A stretch of 64,000 bases of DNA from Thermodesulfobacteriota bacterium (GCA_049323635.1 JBMONS010000035.1:2744-66743), one strand, 5' to 3'; positions 38,677 through 48,363 are shown, counted from the first letter of the stretch. Translations and numbers: made by a program. The notes: generated by a model from the sequence alone, not told the origin.

Positions 38677-38978
38677 GGTCGTTCCGTCTCGCCAGGCCCG
38701 TGTCCCCGAGAATTTTCGCGCCTCTGCTCCCGCCAGGCCGGCGGAATCAGGCGGAGTGTCCTCGGACGGGCTCCTAAGGGGATGGGGTTTCCGATTCGTC
38801 GGCACGGCCGCCGACACGTCACCCCGTGGCTCCCTCATATAATGGCCCCCGCGACCATGTCAATCAAAAAGCTCTCGCAAGAAACTCTCTCCTTGCGGAG
38901 CACGGCAGCACTCGCATCCCGAAGAGCACGAAGAGTCATATTCCCAGAGCCTTGAGTGCCTTTCAGCGCCGGCAACTC

Positions 38979-40451
38979 TCACGGCACCCCCAACGCCATC
39001 TGATCGGCCAGGGCAAGGAAGATCCCCGGCTCAAGGAAAAGGGCCACACTGGCCAGGGCGGTGACCGCCGCCGCCAGCCAGCAGGCCGCCGGCGCCTCGG
39101 CAATCCCCTTCCCCCCTTGGTCGGCCCGGAAAAAGGCCACATAGACGATGGGCAGAAAGTAGGCGGCATTCAGCAGGGCACTGAGCGTGAAAAGCCATTC
39201 CGCCCAGGAGAGGCCGGCCCCCAGCCCCCCTTCCACGATCAGCTGCTTGCTGAGCGCCCCACCACCCGGCGGCAGGCCGATGAGCGACAGGGTGGCCACG
39301 GAGAAGGCCGTCATGGTGATCGGCATCCTGCGGCCGATCCCGCTCAGCTCGCTCACCTTCCTCTTGCCGGTGGCCACGAAGATGGCGCCGGCGCAAAAGA
39401 AGAGGGTGATCTTGGCGCTGGCATGCATGGCGATGTGCAGTAGACCGCCCTTGATCCCCATGGGCGTGGCAAGCCCTATCCCGAAAACGATATACGCAAG
39501 CTGGCCGATGGTGGAGAAGGCCAGCCGCCGCTTGAGGTTGTCCTGGAAAAGGGCAAACAGTGACGCCGTCACCAGGGTAACCCCGCTGATCCCGCAGATG
39601 AGCGTGTTGAGCCCGCTCCCCCGCAAGAGCTCAAAGCCAAAGACGCCAGATAAGACCCGCATCAGGCTGAAGACCCCCACCTTGACCACCGCCACCGCGT
39701 GAAGCAGGGCACTGACCGGGGTGGGCGCCACCATGGCCGCTGGCAGCCAGCCATGCAGCGGCATGAGGCCGGCCTTGGCAAAGCCGAACAGGAAGAGCAG
39801 CAACAGCACGGCCAGGGTGAGGCGGCTGGTTGCGGCCGGAAAGAGCCCGGCGGCGCTGAAATCCAGGCTGCCGCAGAGCAGGTGGGTGATGACCATGGCC
39901 GGCAGGGCCAACCCAATGGAGGTTGCCAGCAGATACCCAAGGTACATCCTGCCGCCTCGCCTGGCCCCGTCGTCTTGATGGTGGGTGACCAAGGGCCAGG
40001 TGGCAAGGGAGAGCATCTCGTAAAAGACGTAGAGGGTAAAAAGATTCCCGCTAAAGGCCACCCCCAAGGTAGCGGAGAGGGCCACGCTGAAGCAGGCAAA
40101 GAAGCGGGTCTGACGATGTTCGGCAAGGCCGCGCATGTAGCCCACCGAGTAGAGGGTGGTGATCAGCCACAGCGAGGCGGCAACCAGGGCGAAGAGCAGC
40201 CCTGCCGCGTCCACCCGGAAGAGCAGGGAGATCCCCGGCAACAGCCGGCAGAGCTCATAGGTGTGGGTATGATCGGCCAGCACCCAGCCGGCCATGGAGG
40301 CCACCAGCCAGAGCTTGGTCAGGCCGGCCGCCATGGAGACCCCTTCCCGCAGATTGGGTCGCTTGCCGCACAGGACGATGAGCGGCGCCGCCAGGAGGGA
40401 GACCAGCACGGCCCACAGGGGGGTAGCGGCATGGAAGGGAAGGGGTTGCAT
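38979..40451 (-). CDS. Mrp/Mnh antiporter subunit D-like (NuoN/NuoM family proton-conducting membrane protein)
   Basis: 490 aa and polytopic. It shows the Proton_antipo_M pattern (GFAKAGLMPLHGWLPAAMVAPTPVSALLHAVAVVKVG). Confidence 0.8.
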   Translation of the reverse strand: MQPLPFHAATPLWAVLVSLLAAPLIVLCGKRPNLREGVSMAAGLTKLWLVASMAGWVLADHTHTYELCRLLPGISLLFRVDAAGLLFALVAASLWLITTLYSVGYMRGLAEHRQTRFFACFSVALSATLGVAFSGNLFTLYVFYEMLSLATWPLVTHHQDDGARRGGRMYLGYLLATSIGLALPAMVITHLLCGSLDFSAAGLFPAATSRLTLAVLLLLFLFGFAKAGLMPLHGWLPAAMVAPTPVSALLHAVAVVKVGVFSLMRVLSGVFGFELLRGSGLNTLICGISGVTLVTASLFALFQDNLKRRLAFSTIGQLAYIVFGIGLATPMGIKGGLLHIAMHASAKITLFFCAGAIFVATGKRKVSELSGIGRRMPITMTAFSVATLSLIGLPPGGGALSKQLIVEGGLGAGLSWAEWLFTLSALLNAAYFLPIVYVAFFRADQGGKGIAEAPAACWLAAAVTALASVALFLEPGIFLALADQMALGVP

Positions 40452-40456
40452 GACTC

Positions 40457-41953
40457 TTACAGGCCAGAGGGAATATTGAAACGGATGAACAGGGAGACGA
40501 TCTCGCCGGCATACAGCCCGAAAACGACGAGACTGCCCGCCACCAGCAGCATGGGGGCCAGCATGGAGGCAGGCGCCTCCTGGATGGCGGACGAGGCGAC
40601 CTCGTCATGCCTCTGGGTGGAAAGACCGCCATACCAGGCCCTCTCCAGGAACCGGTAGAAAATAACCGCATGGACCAGGCTGGAAAAGATCAAGGCAGCC
40701 ACGTAATGGTACTGACCGGAGGCGATGCCGCCCCGCAACAGGTACCATTTGCTGAAAAAACCGCAGGTCGGCGGCACCCCCACCACTGCCAAGCCCCCCA
40801 GGATAAAGACCGCCATGGTCAGCGGCATCCGCGCGAGGATCCCTTCCATGGCCTCGATGCCGCTTTTGCCGGTCCGGTGGACAATGGCGCCCACCGCCAT
40901 GAAGAGGCAGAGGGTCATCAGCCCGTCCGCCACCATGTGATAGAGCGCGCCGACAAGGCCGTCCGGGCTGGCCAGCCAGAGCCCCCCCACCATGTAGCCC
41001 ACCTCGGCAACGATGATGTAGGCCAGCGTCCGCCGCAGGCTGCCCTGGGCCAGCGCCCGCAGGGAACCGGCGACGATGGCCACCGTGGCCAGGGCCACCA
41101 TCCCATGGCGCCACGGCAGGGTCTCGAAGACATAGCCCGCCGAGAAGACGGAGAACATCATCCGCGCCATGACGTAGACCGCCACCTTGGTCATCAGCGG
41201 CGCGATCAGGCAGCCGGTGGCGGTGGCCGCTCGGCTATAGGCATTGGGCAGCCAGCCGTGCAGGGGGAAGAAGGCCATCTTGATCCCCATCCCCACCATG
41301 ATCAGGAGAAAGCCGATGCGGATGGAGATCGAGTCCTGCAGGCCGGGCTGGGCCAGCAGCCGGTGGAGGTCGGCCATGTTGAGGGTGCCGGTCTTGATGT
41401 AGAGGTAGCCCACCCCCAGCAGGTAGAAACAGGCGCCGATGGTGCCCATGATGATATACTTGAAGGTGGCGTAGTAGGCGTGACCACGGCCGCTGGCCAG
41501 CATGGCGTAGCTGGAAAGCGCCGCGATCTCGAGGAGTACGTAGAGGTTGAAGGCGTCGCCGGTGGCAACCATGCCGGCAAGTCCGGTAACCAGCAGACAG
41601 AAGAGGGTGTAGTAGTGGTGAAGCCGGTCCGGCAGCTGTTTCCTGGCCGGCCGCCAGGAGTAGATGGCGGTGAGCAGGGCGCAGCCGGTGACCAGCACCA
41701 GCACCAGGGCGGCGAGATGATCGACGACCAGTTCGATGCCGATGGGTGGCGGCCAGCCGCCCACCGCGTAGTGGATGGGACCGGAAGCGAGCACGGCACG
41801 CAGGGTGACCAGGCTGGCCGCGCCGGCGCCGGCCATGGCCATGACCAGCAGGCTGTATGAGAGGTGGTCGCGGCCGCGGCCGAACAGGCTGATGGCAAAG
41901 GCGGCGAACAGCGGCACGATCAGGATGGTGATGGGGGCCTGGGTCTCGATCAC
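40457..41953 (-). CDS. Mrp/Mnh antiporter subunit D-like, second copy
   Basis: 498 aa with the same family pattern (GIKMAFFPLHGWLPNAYSRAATATGCLIAPLMTKVAVY). Confidence 0.8.
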   Translation of the reverse strand: MIETQAPITILIVPLFAAFAISLFGRGRDHLSYSLLVMAMAGAGAASLVTLRAVLASGPIHYAVGGWPPPIGIELVVDHLAALVLVLVTGCALLTAIYSWRPARKQLPDRLHHYYTLFCLLVTGLAGMVATGDAFNLYVLLEIAALSSYAMLASGRGHAYYATFKYIIMGTIGACFYLLGVGYLYIKTGTLNMADLHRLLAQPGLQDSISIRIGFLLIMVGMGIKMAFFPLHGWLPNAYSRAATATGCLIAPLMTKVAVYVMARMMFSVFSAGYVFETLPWRHGMVALATVAIVAGSLRALAQGSLRRTLAYIIVAEVGYMVGGLWLASPDGLVGALYHMVADGLMTLCLFMAVGAIVHRTGKSGIEAMEGILARMPLTMAVFILGGLAVVGVPPTCGFFSKWYLLRGGIASGQYHYVAALIFSSLVHAVIFYRFLERAWYGGLSTQRHDEVASSAIQEAPASMLAPMLLVAGSLVVFGLYAGEIVSLFIRFNIPSGL

Positions 41954-42357
41954 TCTTCCACCGCCTCGCCGTGGGCCTCCTGCAGGGCCAGGATCTCATC
42001 CTCCTCGATGGTGCCATAAACCCGGTGAATCTTCTGCAGGATGGCCAATGCCACCCCCAGGGTCGCCACCCCCACCACGATGGCGGTGAGCATCAAGACA
42101 TGGGGCAACGGATTGGCGTAACGGGTCGGATCGATGGCCTGCCCGGCGACGCCATGCTCCAGGATCGGGATGGTGGCACCCTGCTTGTGGCCGATGGAGA
42201 CATAGAAGAGGATGATCGCCGACTGGAAGATCGTCATGGCAATGACCTTCTTCAGCAGGTTGTTCTTGGCGATCATCCCATAGAGCCCGATGCAGAGCAG
42301 GGCAAGCGCTCCCCAGTAGTTGTATTTGGCCACGATCAACGGCAGCAGTTCCTGCAT
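41950..42357 (-). CDS. Mrp/Mnh antiporter subunit C (NuoK-like)
   Basis: 135 aa with three TM helices. It resembles MnhC (GLYGMIAKNNLLKKVIAMTIFQSAIILFYV). Confidence 0.8.
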   Translation of the reverse strand: MQELLPLIVAKYNYWGALALLCIGLYGMIAKNNLLKKVIAMTIFQSAIILFYVSIGHKQGATIPILEHGVAGQAIDPTRYANPLPHVLMLTAIVVGVATLGVALAILQKIHRVYGTIEEDEILALQEAHGEAVEE

Positions 42358-42366
42358 GGCGCTCTC

Positions 42367-43113
42367 CTACAACCCCTCGTCCAGATCGCCGCCCGAGGCG
42401 AGATCGACGTACAGGGAGAACATGATGGCCATGACGGTGATGGCCACGCCGATCTCCACCCCCAGAATGGCGTGGGAATGGGCCATGCTCTCTGAAAATC
42501 CGAAAACCGAAAGCTGCCCATAGCTCAGGAAGTCCCCCCCCAGGAGCAGGCAAAGCAGGCCGATCCCGGCGTAGATCAGCACCCCGATGGCGGCCATGCG
42601 CAGGACGAGTTGTTCCCACAGCCGTTGCAGCACCATGCCCAGATCATAGGAGAGGGCCAGCAGGATGAAGCTTGCGCCCAGGATCACCCCTGCCTGGAAG
42701 CCGCCACCCGGACTGTGGTGGCCCAGGGCCAGCACATAGAGGGCGAAGAGTTGCATGAGCGGCACCAGCAGCCGGGAGGCGGACTGGAGGATGACGTCGG
42801 CGCCCTGCCGCCCCGGCCGCGCCCCAACCTGCTTGGGCAGCCGGCGGTGGGTGCGACGCAGCAGGGTGAGTACAGTGATGCCGGCACAGAAGATCACCGT
42901 GGTCTCGAACAAGGTATCGTAACCGCGGTAATCGGCGAGCAGCGAGGTGACCAGGTTGGGAACCGCCGTGTCCTCCAAGGACCTGGTGATGTAATGGGGC
43001 GAGAGGTAATCGCTGGCCGGGGTATGCACGCCTCCCCACTGGGGCAAATCCTCGGCAGCCCAGGCAAGCAGCAGGAAAAGGAGGATGGAGAAAGGAAGGA
43101 CCAGTTTCTTCAT
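42367..43113 (-). CDS. Mrp/Mnh antiporter subunit B domain protein
   Basis: MnhB pattern (NLVTSLLADYRGYDTLFETTVIF). The start at MKKLV (43113) has RBS GAGGGTGGG upstream. Confidence 0.75.
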   Translation of the reverse strand: MKKLVLPFSILLFLLLAWAAEDLPQWGGVHTPASDYLSPHYITRSLEDTAVPNLVTSLLADYRGYDTLFETTVIFCAGITVLTLLRRTHRRLPKQVGARPGRQGADVILQSASRLLVPLMQLFALYVLALGHHSPGGGFQAGVILGASFILLALSYDLGMVLQRLWEQLVLRMAAIGVLIYAGIGLLCLLLGGDFLSYGQLSVFGFSESMAHSHAILGVEIGVAITVMAIMFSLYVDLASGGDLDEGL

Positions 43114-43218
43114 GTTCCCACCCTCAATCCTGGTTGGCAGGGTCGCCAATGGCTATCCCGCTCAATCGCTTCGATTGCATCTCCGGACCTGTCTCCTTGG
43201 GAGGACGTTGCACGACCA

Positions 43219-43482
43219 TCAATCCTTGGACCGCCGCCGAACATGCAAGGCGGTGCTCACCAGCAGCACGGTGCTCACCCCGGCGCCCACCGCCGCCTCG
43301 GTGAAGGCGACATCCACCGCCAGCATCCCGGTCCAGAGCAGGCACATCAGAAAGCTGTAGGCCCCACCGATGATGGCGCAACTCACCAGGTCGCGCACCA
43401 CCAAGACCGCCACCGCGCAGATCAGCACCATGGTGAGGATGAGCAGGTCAAACTGCCAGAGCAGGGTCGGATCGAGGCTCAT
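43219..43482 (-). CDS. DUF4040-like small membrane protein (MbhD / MrpA C-terminal-like)
   Basis: 87 aa with three TM helices (AIIGGAYSFLMCLLWTGMLAVDVAFTEAAVGAGVSTVL), as found next to MnhB in Mbh/Mbx-type modules. Confidence 0.65.
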   Translation of the reverse strand: MSLDPTLLWQFDLLILTMVLICAVAVLVVRDLVSCAIIGGAYSFLMCLLWTGMLAVDVAFTEAAVGAGVSTVLLVSTALHVRRRSKD

Positions 43483-43832
43483 GAACCTTCCCCCGTTCCA
43501 GCCCGCTCCTCAGAGCCATCCCCTTTGGCCCAAGGCACCACCTTGGCCTCGAAGCCGGCGTCCATGATGGCATGGGTGGCGGTCGGGCTGACAAGAAAGA
43601 TGAACAGCACGATGAACAGGATTTTGACCGCCACCAGAGCCGTCTCCAGGGTGAGGTGCTGAAGATGGTACAGAGCGAGCCCGGTGAGGAGCAAGATGGA
43701 AGAGAGGGTATCGCCCTTGCCGGCGGCGTGCATGCGGGTATACAAATCGGGGAAACGGAGCAATCCCACCGAGGTCCCGAAGAAGAAGAAAAGCCCCAAC
43801 CCCATGAGCATCATGACCACGGAGTTCAGCAT
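43479..43832 (-). CDS. Mrp/Mnh antiporter subunit G
   Basis: GLLRFPDLYTRMHAAGKGDTL is the PhaG/MnhG signature. Confidence 0.8.
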   Translation of the reverse strand: MLNSVVMMLMGLGLFFFFGTSVGLLRFPDLYTRMHAAGKGDTLSSILLLTGLALYHLQHLTLETALVAVKILFIVLFIFLVSPTATHAIMDAGFEAKVVPWAKGDGSEERAGTGEGS

Positions 43833-44155
43833 TGCCCACCCCTTCTCTCGGTTTGCACAAGATCCACCTTGCGGTGCCGCTGGAAAAGCCGGGCGGCGGC
43901 CAGCGAGGCGATGAAGTTCAAGAGGGCGTAGGTCAGGGCGATGTCCACGAACATATCCACCCGATGATACAGGGTGCCGATGATGACGATGAGGATGGTG
44001 GTCTTGGTGCCGATGACGTTGACCCCCACCAACCGGTCGATGGTGGATGGTCCGCGCACCGCACGATACAGGGGCATGAACATCATCAGCAGCAGGCAGA
44101 TCCCGGAGAAGACCAAAAAACTCTCCATGGCGCCCTTAAAGGCGAAATCCAACAT
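43826..44155 (-). CDS. Mrp/Mnh antiporter subunit F
   Basis: LYRAVRGPSTIDRLVGVNVIGTKT matches the MnhF family pattern. Confidence 0.8.
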   Translation of the reverse strand: MLDFAFKGAMESFLVFSGICLLLMMFMPLYRAVRGPSTIDRLVGVNVIGTKTTILIVIIGTLYHRVDMFVDIALTYALLNFIASLAAARLFQRHRKVDLVQTERRGGQC

Positions 44156-44661
44156 CAGGCGCCCCCCTCGAATACCCAGGCCACCCGCCGCTCCATCTCG
44201 CTCATGGTCTCGCCCTCCGCCAGGTCGCCGGCGGCATGCCGGCTGATGGCGTGGACATGGAAGAGATCGCCCTCGATGCGGATAGTGATGGTGCCTGGGG
44301 TCAGGGTAATGGAGTTGGCCAGCACGAAGCGGGCGAAGTCCGTGGTCAGCCTGGTGCGGAAGGTGATGACGTGGGGGTCGAGATCACGGCGGCAACGGTT
44401 GGGAGACAGGGCAAGCGCGATAACGTGCAGGTTGGCCAGCACGATCTGCCAGAGCAGCCAGCCGCAATAGGGAATGAAACGCCACGCTTCCCGGAAACGG
44501 ACGCGCAGTCCCTTGCCGCGCTCCTGAAAGAGCAGATCGTGGGAGAGCTGGGTGACGAGGAGACAGGCCACGCTGCCCAGCGTCAGGTGAAAGGGGTCGA
44601 ACCTCCCCGACAGGAGCAGCCAGACGATGGCGAGGAGAAAAAAGGTGGCGAGCTTGAACAT
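44155..44661 (-). CDS. Mrp/Mnh antiporter subunit E
   Basis: LLAIVWLLLSGRFDPFHLTLG and SITLTPGTITI are typical of MnhE. Confidence 0.8.
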   Translation of the reverse strand: MFKLATFFLLAIVWLLLSGRFDPFHLTLGSVACLLVTQLSHDLLFQERGKGLRVRFREAWRFIPYCGWLLWQIVLANLHVIALALSPNRCRRDLDPHVITFRTRLTTDFARFVLANSITLTPGTITIRIEGDLFHVHAISRHAAGDLAEGETMSEMERRVAWVFEGGA

Positions 44662-44699
44662 CGGCCTCGGCAGGGGAAGAGGTTACGCCGGCGCCCCCT

Positions 44700-45053
44700 T
44701 CAGCCCTTGATGTCCAACAGGCTGCCGAGCATCTCGTCGGCGGTCCGCACCGTTTTGAGGTTGGCCTGAAAGAACCGGCGGCCAAGCATCATGCTGGGCA
44801 GTTCCTCGCTCAGCTCGGTGTTGGACTTCTCCACCAGGGCCTCGCCTTCCCGGGTCTGCTCGTAGACCATGGGGCCAGGGGTCTCCACCCGCTCCACCCG
44901 GGCGGTCACCCCCTGGGGCTCCTGCTCGGAGAGGGTGACCCGATAATGCTTGTAGCCGTCGGTGTTGACGTTGGCCACGTTGGTGGAGTTGGCCTCCATC
45001 TTCTTCTGCAGGGCAACCAGGCCGGAAAGGGCGGAATGGACACCGGAGATCAT
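44700..45053 (-). CDS. short protein with a flagellar basal-body rod N-terminal motif
   Basis: 117 aa. NSTNVANVNTDGYK matches the Flg_bb_rod N-terminal signature. No rod C-terminal domain and no other flagellar genes are present in the window. Confidence 0.55.
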   Translation of the reverse strand: MISGVHSALSGLVALQKKMEANSTNVANVNTDGYKHYRVTLSEQEPQGVTARVERVETPGPMVYEQTREGEALVEKSNTELSEELPSMMLGRRFFQANLKTVRTADEMLGSLLDIKG

Positions 45054-45176
45054 GGCGACACCTCGCGAGGAATTATACAAATAGAATAATTCCCAGCGGA
45101 CTGATTGGCAAGTGACGTTTTGGCAACCCCGCCGAAGCTGATCCCTGAAACCCAAACGCCCTCCCGGGCCGCGCCC

Positions 45177-45452
45177 TTAAAACCGGCGGGATTTCCGCTT
45201 GGAACGCTTGGGCGGCGGCTGGGACTGAATGACCTTGATATCCCGTCCCTTGTACATGCTCTTGTTGAGCGCCTTGATGGCCACATCGGCCTGGGAGTTG
45301 TCCGGCATATCCACAAAGCCGAACCCTTTGGACTGCCCGGTAAAACGGTCCTTCACCATGGTGATGGAGGCCACCGTGCCGTACTGGATGAAAAGCTCCA
45401 TCAGGTCGGCATCGGAAACCGAGGCGGGAAGATTGCTCACATAAATATTCAT
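45177..45452 (-). CDS. RRM-type RNA-binding protein
   Basis: RNP-2 IYVSNL, RNP-1 KGFGFVDM, and a basic C-terminal tail. Confidence 0.9.
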   Translation of the reverse strand: MNIYVSNLPASVSDADLMELFIQYGTVASITMVKDRFTGQSKGFGFVDMPDNSQADVAIKALNKSMYKGRDIKVIQSQPPPKRSKRKSRRF

Positions 45453-45576
45453 ACAATGTCCTTCTTGCTGTGGTTGGAAACCGTTACGAAGTAGAAACAG
45501 CCATCATGGTTTTTTCGTGACGGCTTCCTGGAGCGCTTGTGTCGCCAGGATGGTGGTTGTCCGCGGTCACTGGCCA

Positions 45577-47025
45577 TCAGCGCCGGGAGGCGGGACGGCT
45601 GGCACCTTTCTTCTCTGAAAAAATCCCGTCCTGGCTGGTCTGGTGACGCGACCGCCGGCCACTGCCCCTGGAATCGCGGCGGCCAGCGGCATCGCCCGCC
45701 GGAGCTGTCGCATGGGGCTTTGACCGTTCGCCCGCCTTGGCGATATCCTCCCGGTTGATCGGATTTCCCTGCCTGGCTGGCCGAGGCGCCCCATGTCCGG
45801 TCCCCCGCCCACGCGCGGCCTGCCCATAGCCGGCCTTGCCGTTACGGGCCGGCGGCCGCGGCGGACGCTTTTCCGTGGCCCGCTCGATCTCCTGATCGGC
45901 ATGCACCACATCCTCGGGCAGATCCACCTGACGACGGGACATGCTGGCCCCGATGACCCGCTCAATCTGGCGGATCATCGGCCCGTCCTCGCGGCCGGCG
46001 AAGGTGAACGCCTCACCGAACCGATCAGCCCGGCCAGTACGGCCGATCCGGTGGGTATATGCCTCGATGGTGTCCGGGATATCGTAGTTGATGACGTGAC
46101 TGACCCGCTCCACGTCGATCCCCCGCGCCGCGATGTCCGTGGCCACCAAATACTTGTAGTCGCCGGTGCGAAAACCGTTCAACGCCTGTTCCCGCTTCTG
46201 CTGGGAGAGGTTGCCCTGCAGACAGGTGGCCTTGAAGCCGGCCTTCTCCAACTGGACGGCCAGGCTCTTGGCCTTGTGCTTGGTGCGGGTGAAGATCAGC
46301 GAGGAGCCCATCTCCACCTCGGCGAGCAAGGTCTTGAGCAGCGTGGTCTTCTGGGCCTGGCCCACCTCGAAAAGCACATGGGAGACGGTAAGGGCCGGCC
46401 GGCTGTGGCCGATCTCCACCCGTTCCGGCTGGTGGAGGATATCCTCGGCCAGGGAACGGATCTCCGCCGGCATGGTGGCCGAGAAGAGCAGGTTCTGCCG
46501 TTTGGCGGGCAGATGCTTGAAAATTCTGCGAATGGTGGGCAGAAAACCCATGTCGAACATGTAATCCGCCTCGTCCAGCACCAGGGTTTCCACCGTGGAA
46601 AGCGCGAAGGCCCCTTCGCCTAAGAAATCAAGCAGTCTGCCCGGGCAGGCGACAATGATCTCCGCCCCTTCCCGGATGGCGCGCAACTGGCCTTGCTTGC
46701 CCACGCCGCCGTATACCACCACTGAACGCAGGCCGGTAAACTGGCCCATCCGGGTAAACTCCGCGTGGATCTGCTCCGCCAGTTCCCGGGTCGGCGCGAG
46801 CACCAGGGCGCGCACCACCCCGCGCTTGCCGGCCAGCAGGCGCTGCAGGAGCGGCAGGCCAAAGGCGGCGGTCTTGCCTGTGCCGGTCTGCGCCAGGCCC
46901 AGCACATCACGGCCCGCCAGGGTCATGGGAATGGTCTGCTCCTGGATGGGGGTTGGGTTGGTGAACCCGCAACGATCGATGGCCTGCATGATCTGCGGGT
47001 GAAACTCGAATTTCTTGAAACTCAT
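45577..47025 (-). CDS. DEAD-box ATP-dependent RNA helicase with an Arg/Gly-rich C-terminal tail
   Basis: Q-motif GFTNPTPIQ, motif I AQTGTGKT, II VLDEADYM (DEAD), III SAT, VI HRIGRTGR. The start at MSFKKF (47025) was chosen; the upstream 100 codons of the track ORF have atypical composition. Confidence 0.9.
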   Translation of the reverse strand: MSFKKFEFHPQIMQAIDRCGFTNPTPIQEQTIPMTLAGRDVLGLAQTGTGKTAAFGLPLLQRLLAGKRGVVRALVLAPTRELAEQIHAEFTRMGQFTGLRSVVVYGGVGKQGQLRAIREGAEIIVACPGRLLDFLGEGAFALSTVETLVLDEADYMFDMGFLPTIRRIFKHLPAKRQNLLFSATMPAEIRSLAEDILHQPERVEIGHSRPALTVSHVLFEVGQAQKTTLLKTLLAEVEMGSSLIFTRTKHKAKSLAVQLEKAGFKATCLQGNLSQQKREQALNGFRTGDYKYLVATDIAARGIDVERVSHVINYDIPDTIEAYTHRIGRTGRADRFGEAFTFAGREDGPMIRQIERVIGASMSRRQVDLPEDVVHADQEIERATEKRPPRPPARNGKAGYGQAARGRGTGHGAPRPARQGNPINREDIAKAGERSKPHATAPAGDAAGRRDSRGSGRRSRHQTSQDGIFSEKKGASRPASRR

Positions 47026-47570
47026 GTACTTTTTTCCTTGATAAAGATGATGGAGCAAGAGCAGGCATACTGCCTGCGAAGATGCGTAATGCATGACAAA
47101 ACTTCCGCCGTTCGGCCTGCTTGGCCGCACCGGGTAGAGCCAGAAGCGCGAAGAGCGCAGCTGCAACGGCAGAAACGTCGGATGGGGATTCTGCGTGGAA
47201 CACCGGAGGCGAGCTTCCTCCGTTGGGCAACGCGGACCGGGGTCAGAATACGGATCTCCCGGAAGGAGGGATATGCTGGGGTTTACAAGGGAACAAGCTT
47301 CTTTGGCGCGGACGGGATACTGCACGGCGAGGAAGGAAATACGCGCTTAATTTGTCATTAAAGCACTTATTTCCTCATCCCGCAAGGACTTTTCCGAAAA
47401 AAGCACCACAGAGGGGCAGAGCGCCGGGCACAATCCGGGGTCGGGGGGATGGGGCAATCTCATGATGGGACTCACCTTATTGGTGGCAATGATCTCCATT
47501 TGCAGGTACTTTTTATACAGTTCGGCCAAGGAGACTGGCCCTTGACCCACACGCCACGGAACAGACCGAC

Positions 47571-48359
47571 ATGCCTTTCTACAACACCCAGGACGCGGTG
47601 CGGTTCTTCCTGAACCCCCTCTTTCCGGCCTTCCTCCTCTTGCTCTGGCTGCTGCTCAAGAAGGAGCGCCGGCGTGGCGGGGTGCTGGCGCTGCTCTGCT
47701 ACCTCTACCTGGTCACCATCCCCTGCACCGCGCAGGTGGTAATGCGACGCTGGGAGGTGGAGGATACGGTGGACCGGAGCAAGCGCTACGACGCGGCGGT
47801 GGTGCTGGGCGGGGTGGTGGACTACAAGTGGTACCTGCGCCATTCCACCCCCGGCGAACGAGAGATCTTCCAGGGGCTTGCCAACTACCAGCAGTTCGGC
47901 CAGAGTGCCGCCCGGGTGCTGATGGGGGCAAGCGTCATCAAGAGCGGTCTGGCCGACAAGCTGCTGCTCAGCCAAGTGAGCATCCGCAAGGTCAACGAAA
48001 CCAGGATCGTTCAGGACTTTTACCGGAACCAGGGGATTGGCGATGACAAAATCGCGGTGCATGGCCGGGTGCGGAATACCCTGGCCGAGGCCAAGAGCAT
48101 CAAGGCCTACTGCGAGCAGAACAACCTCAAGGACATCCTGCTGATCACCTCGGCCAGTCACATGCGGCGGGCCGCGGCCCTCTTCCGCAAGCAGGGGCTG
48201 GAGCCGGCCCTGCTCTCGGTGTCGCGGCAGAATACCCCCATCACCCGCGAGAGCTTTGTTCCCTCCGCCGACGGCCTGGAGGCGACCTACTCCATGCTGC
48301 TCGAGCTGGTCGGCTACTCAGGTTACGCCCTGCGCGGCGACATCGACCCGGCCGACTGA
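47571..48359 (+). CDS. DUF218 (YdcF/ElyC/SanA-like) membrane-associated protein
   Basis: N-terminal TM helices, then YDAAVVLGG...LLITSASHMRRAAALFRKQG, typical of DUF218. Confidence 0.7.
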   Translation: MPFYNTQDAVRFFLNPLFPAFLLLLWLLLKKERRRGGVLALLCYLYLVTIPCTAQVVMRRWEVEDTVDRSKRYDAAVVLGGVVDYKWYLRHSTPGEREIFQGLANYQQFGQSAARVLMGASVIKSGLADKLLLSQVSIRKVNETRIVQDFYRNQGIGDDKIAVHGRVRNTLAEAKSIKAYCEQNNLKDILLITSASHMRRAAALFRKQGLEPALLSVSRQNTPITRESFVPSADGLEATYSMLLELVGYSGYALRGDIDPAD

Positions 48360-48363
48360 GGAC

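Noticed and set aside
47347-47550. A 67-aa minus-strand ORF in the helicase leader
   Set aside because: It has no RBS and no recognisable family, and it lies in a region better explained as a 5' UTR or promoter. It is kept only as part of the leader finding.
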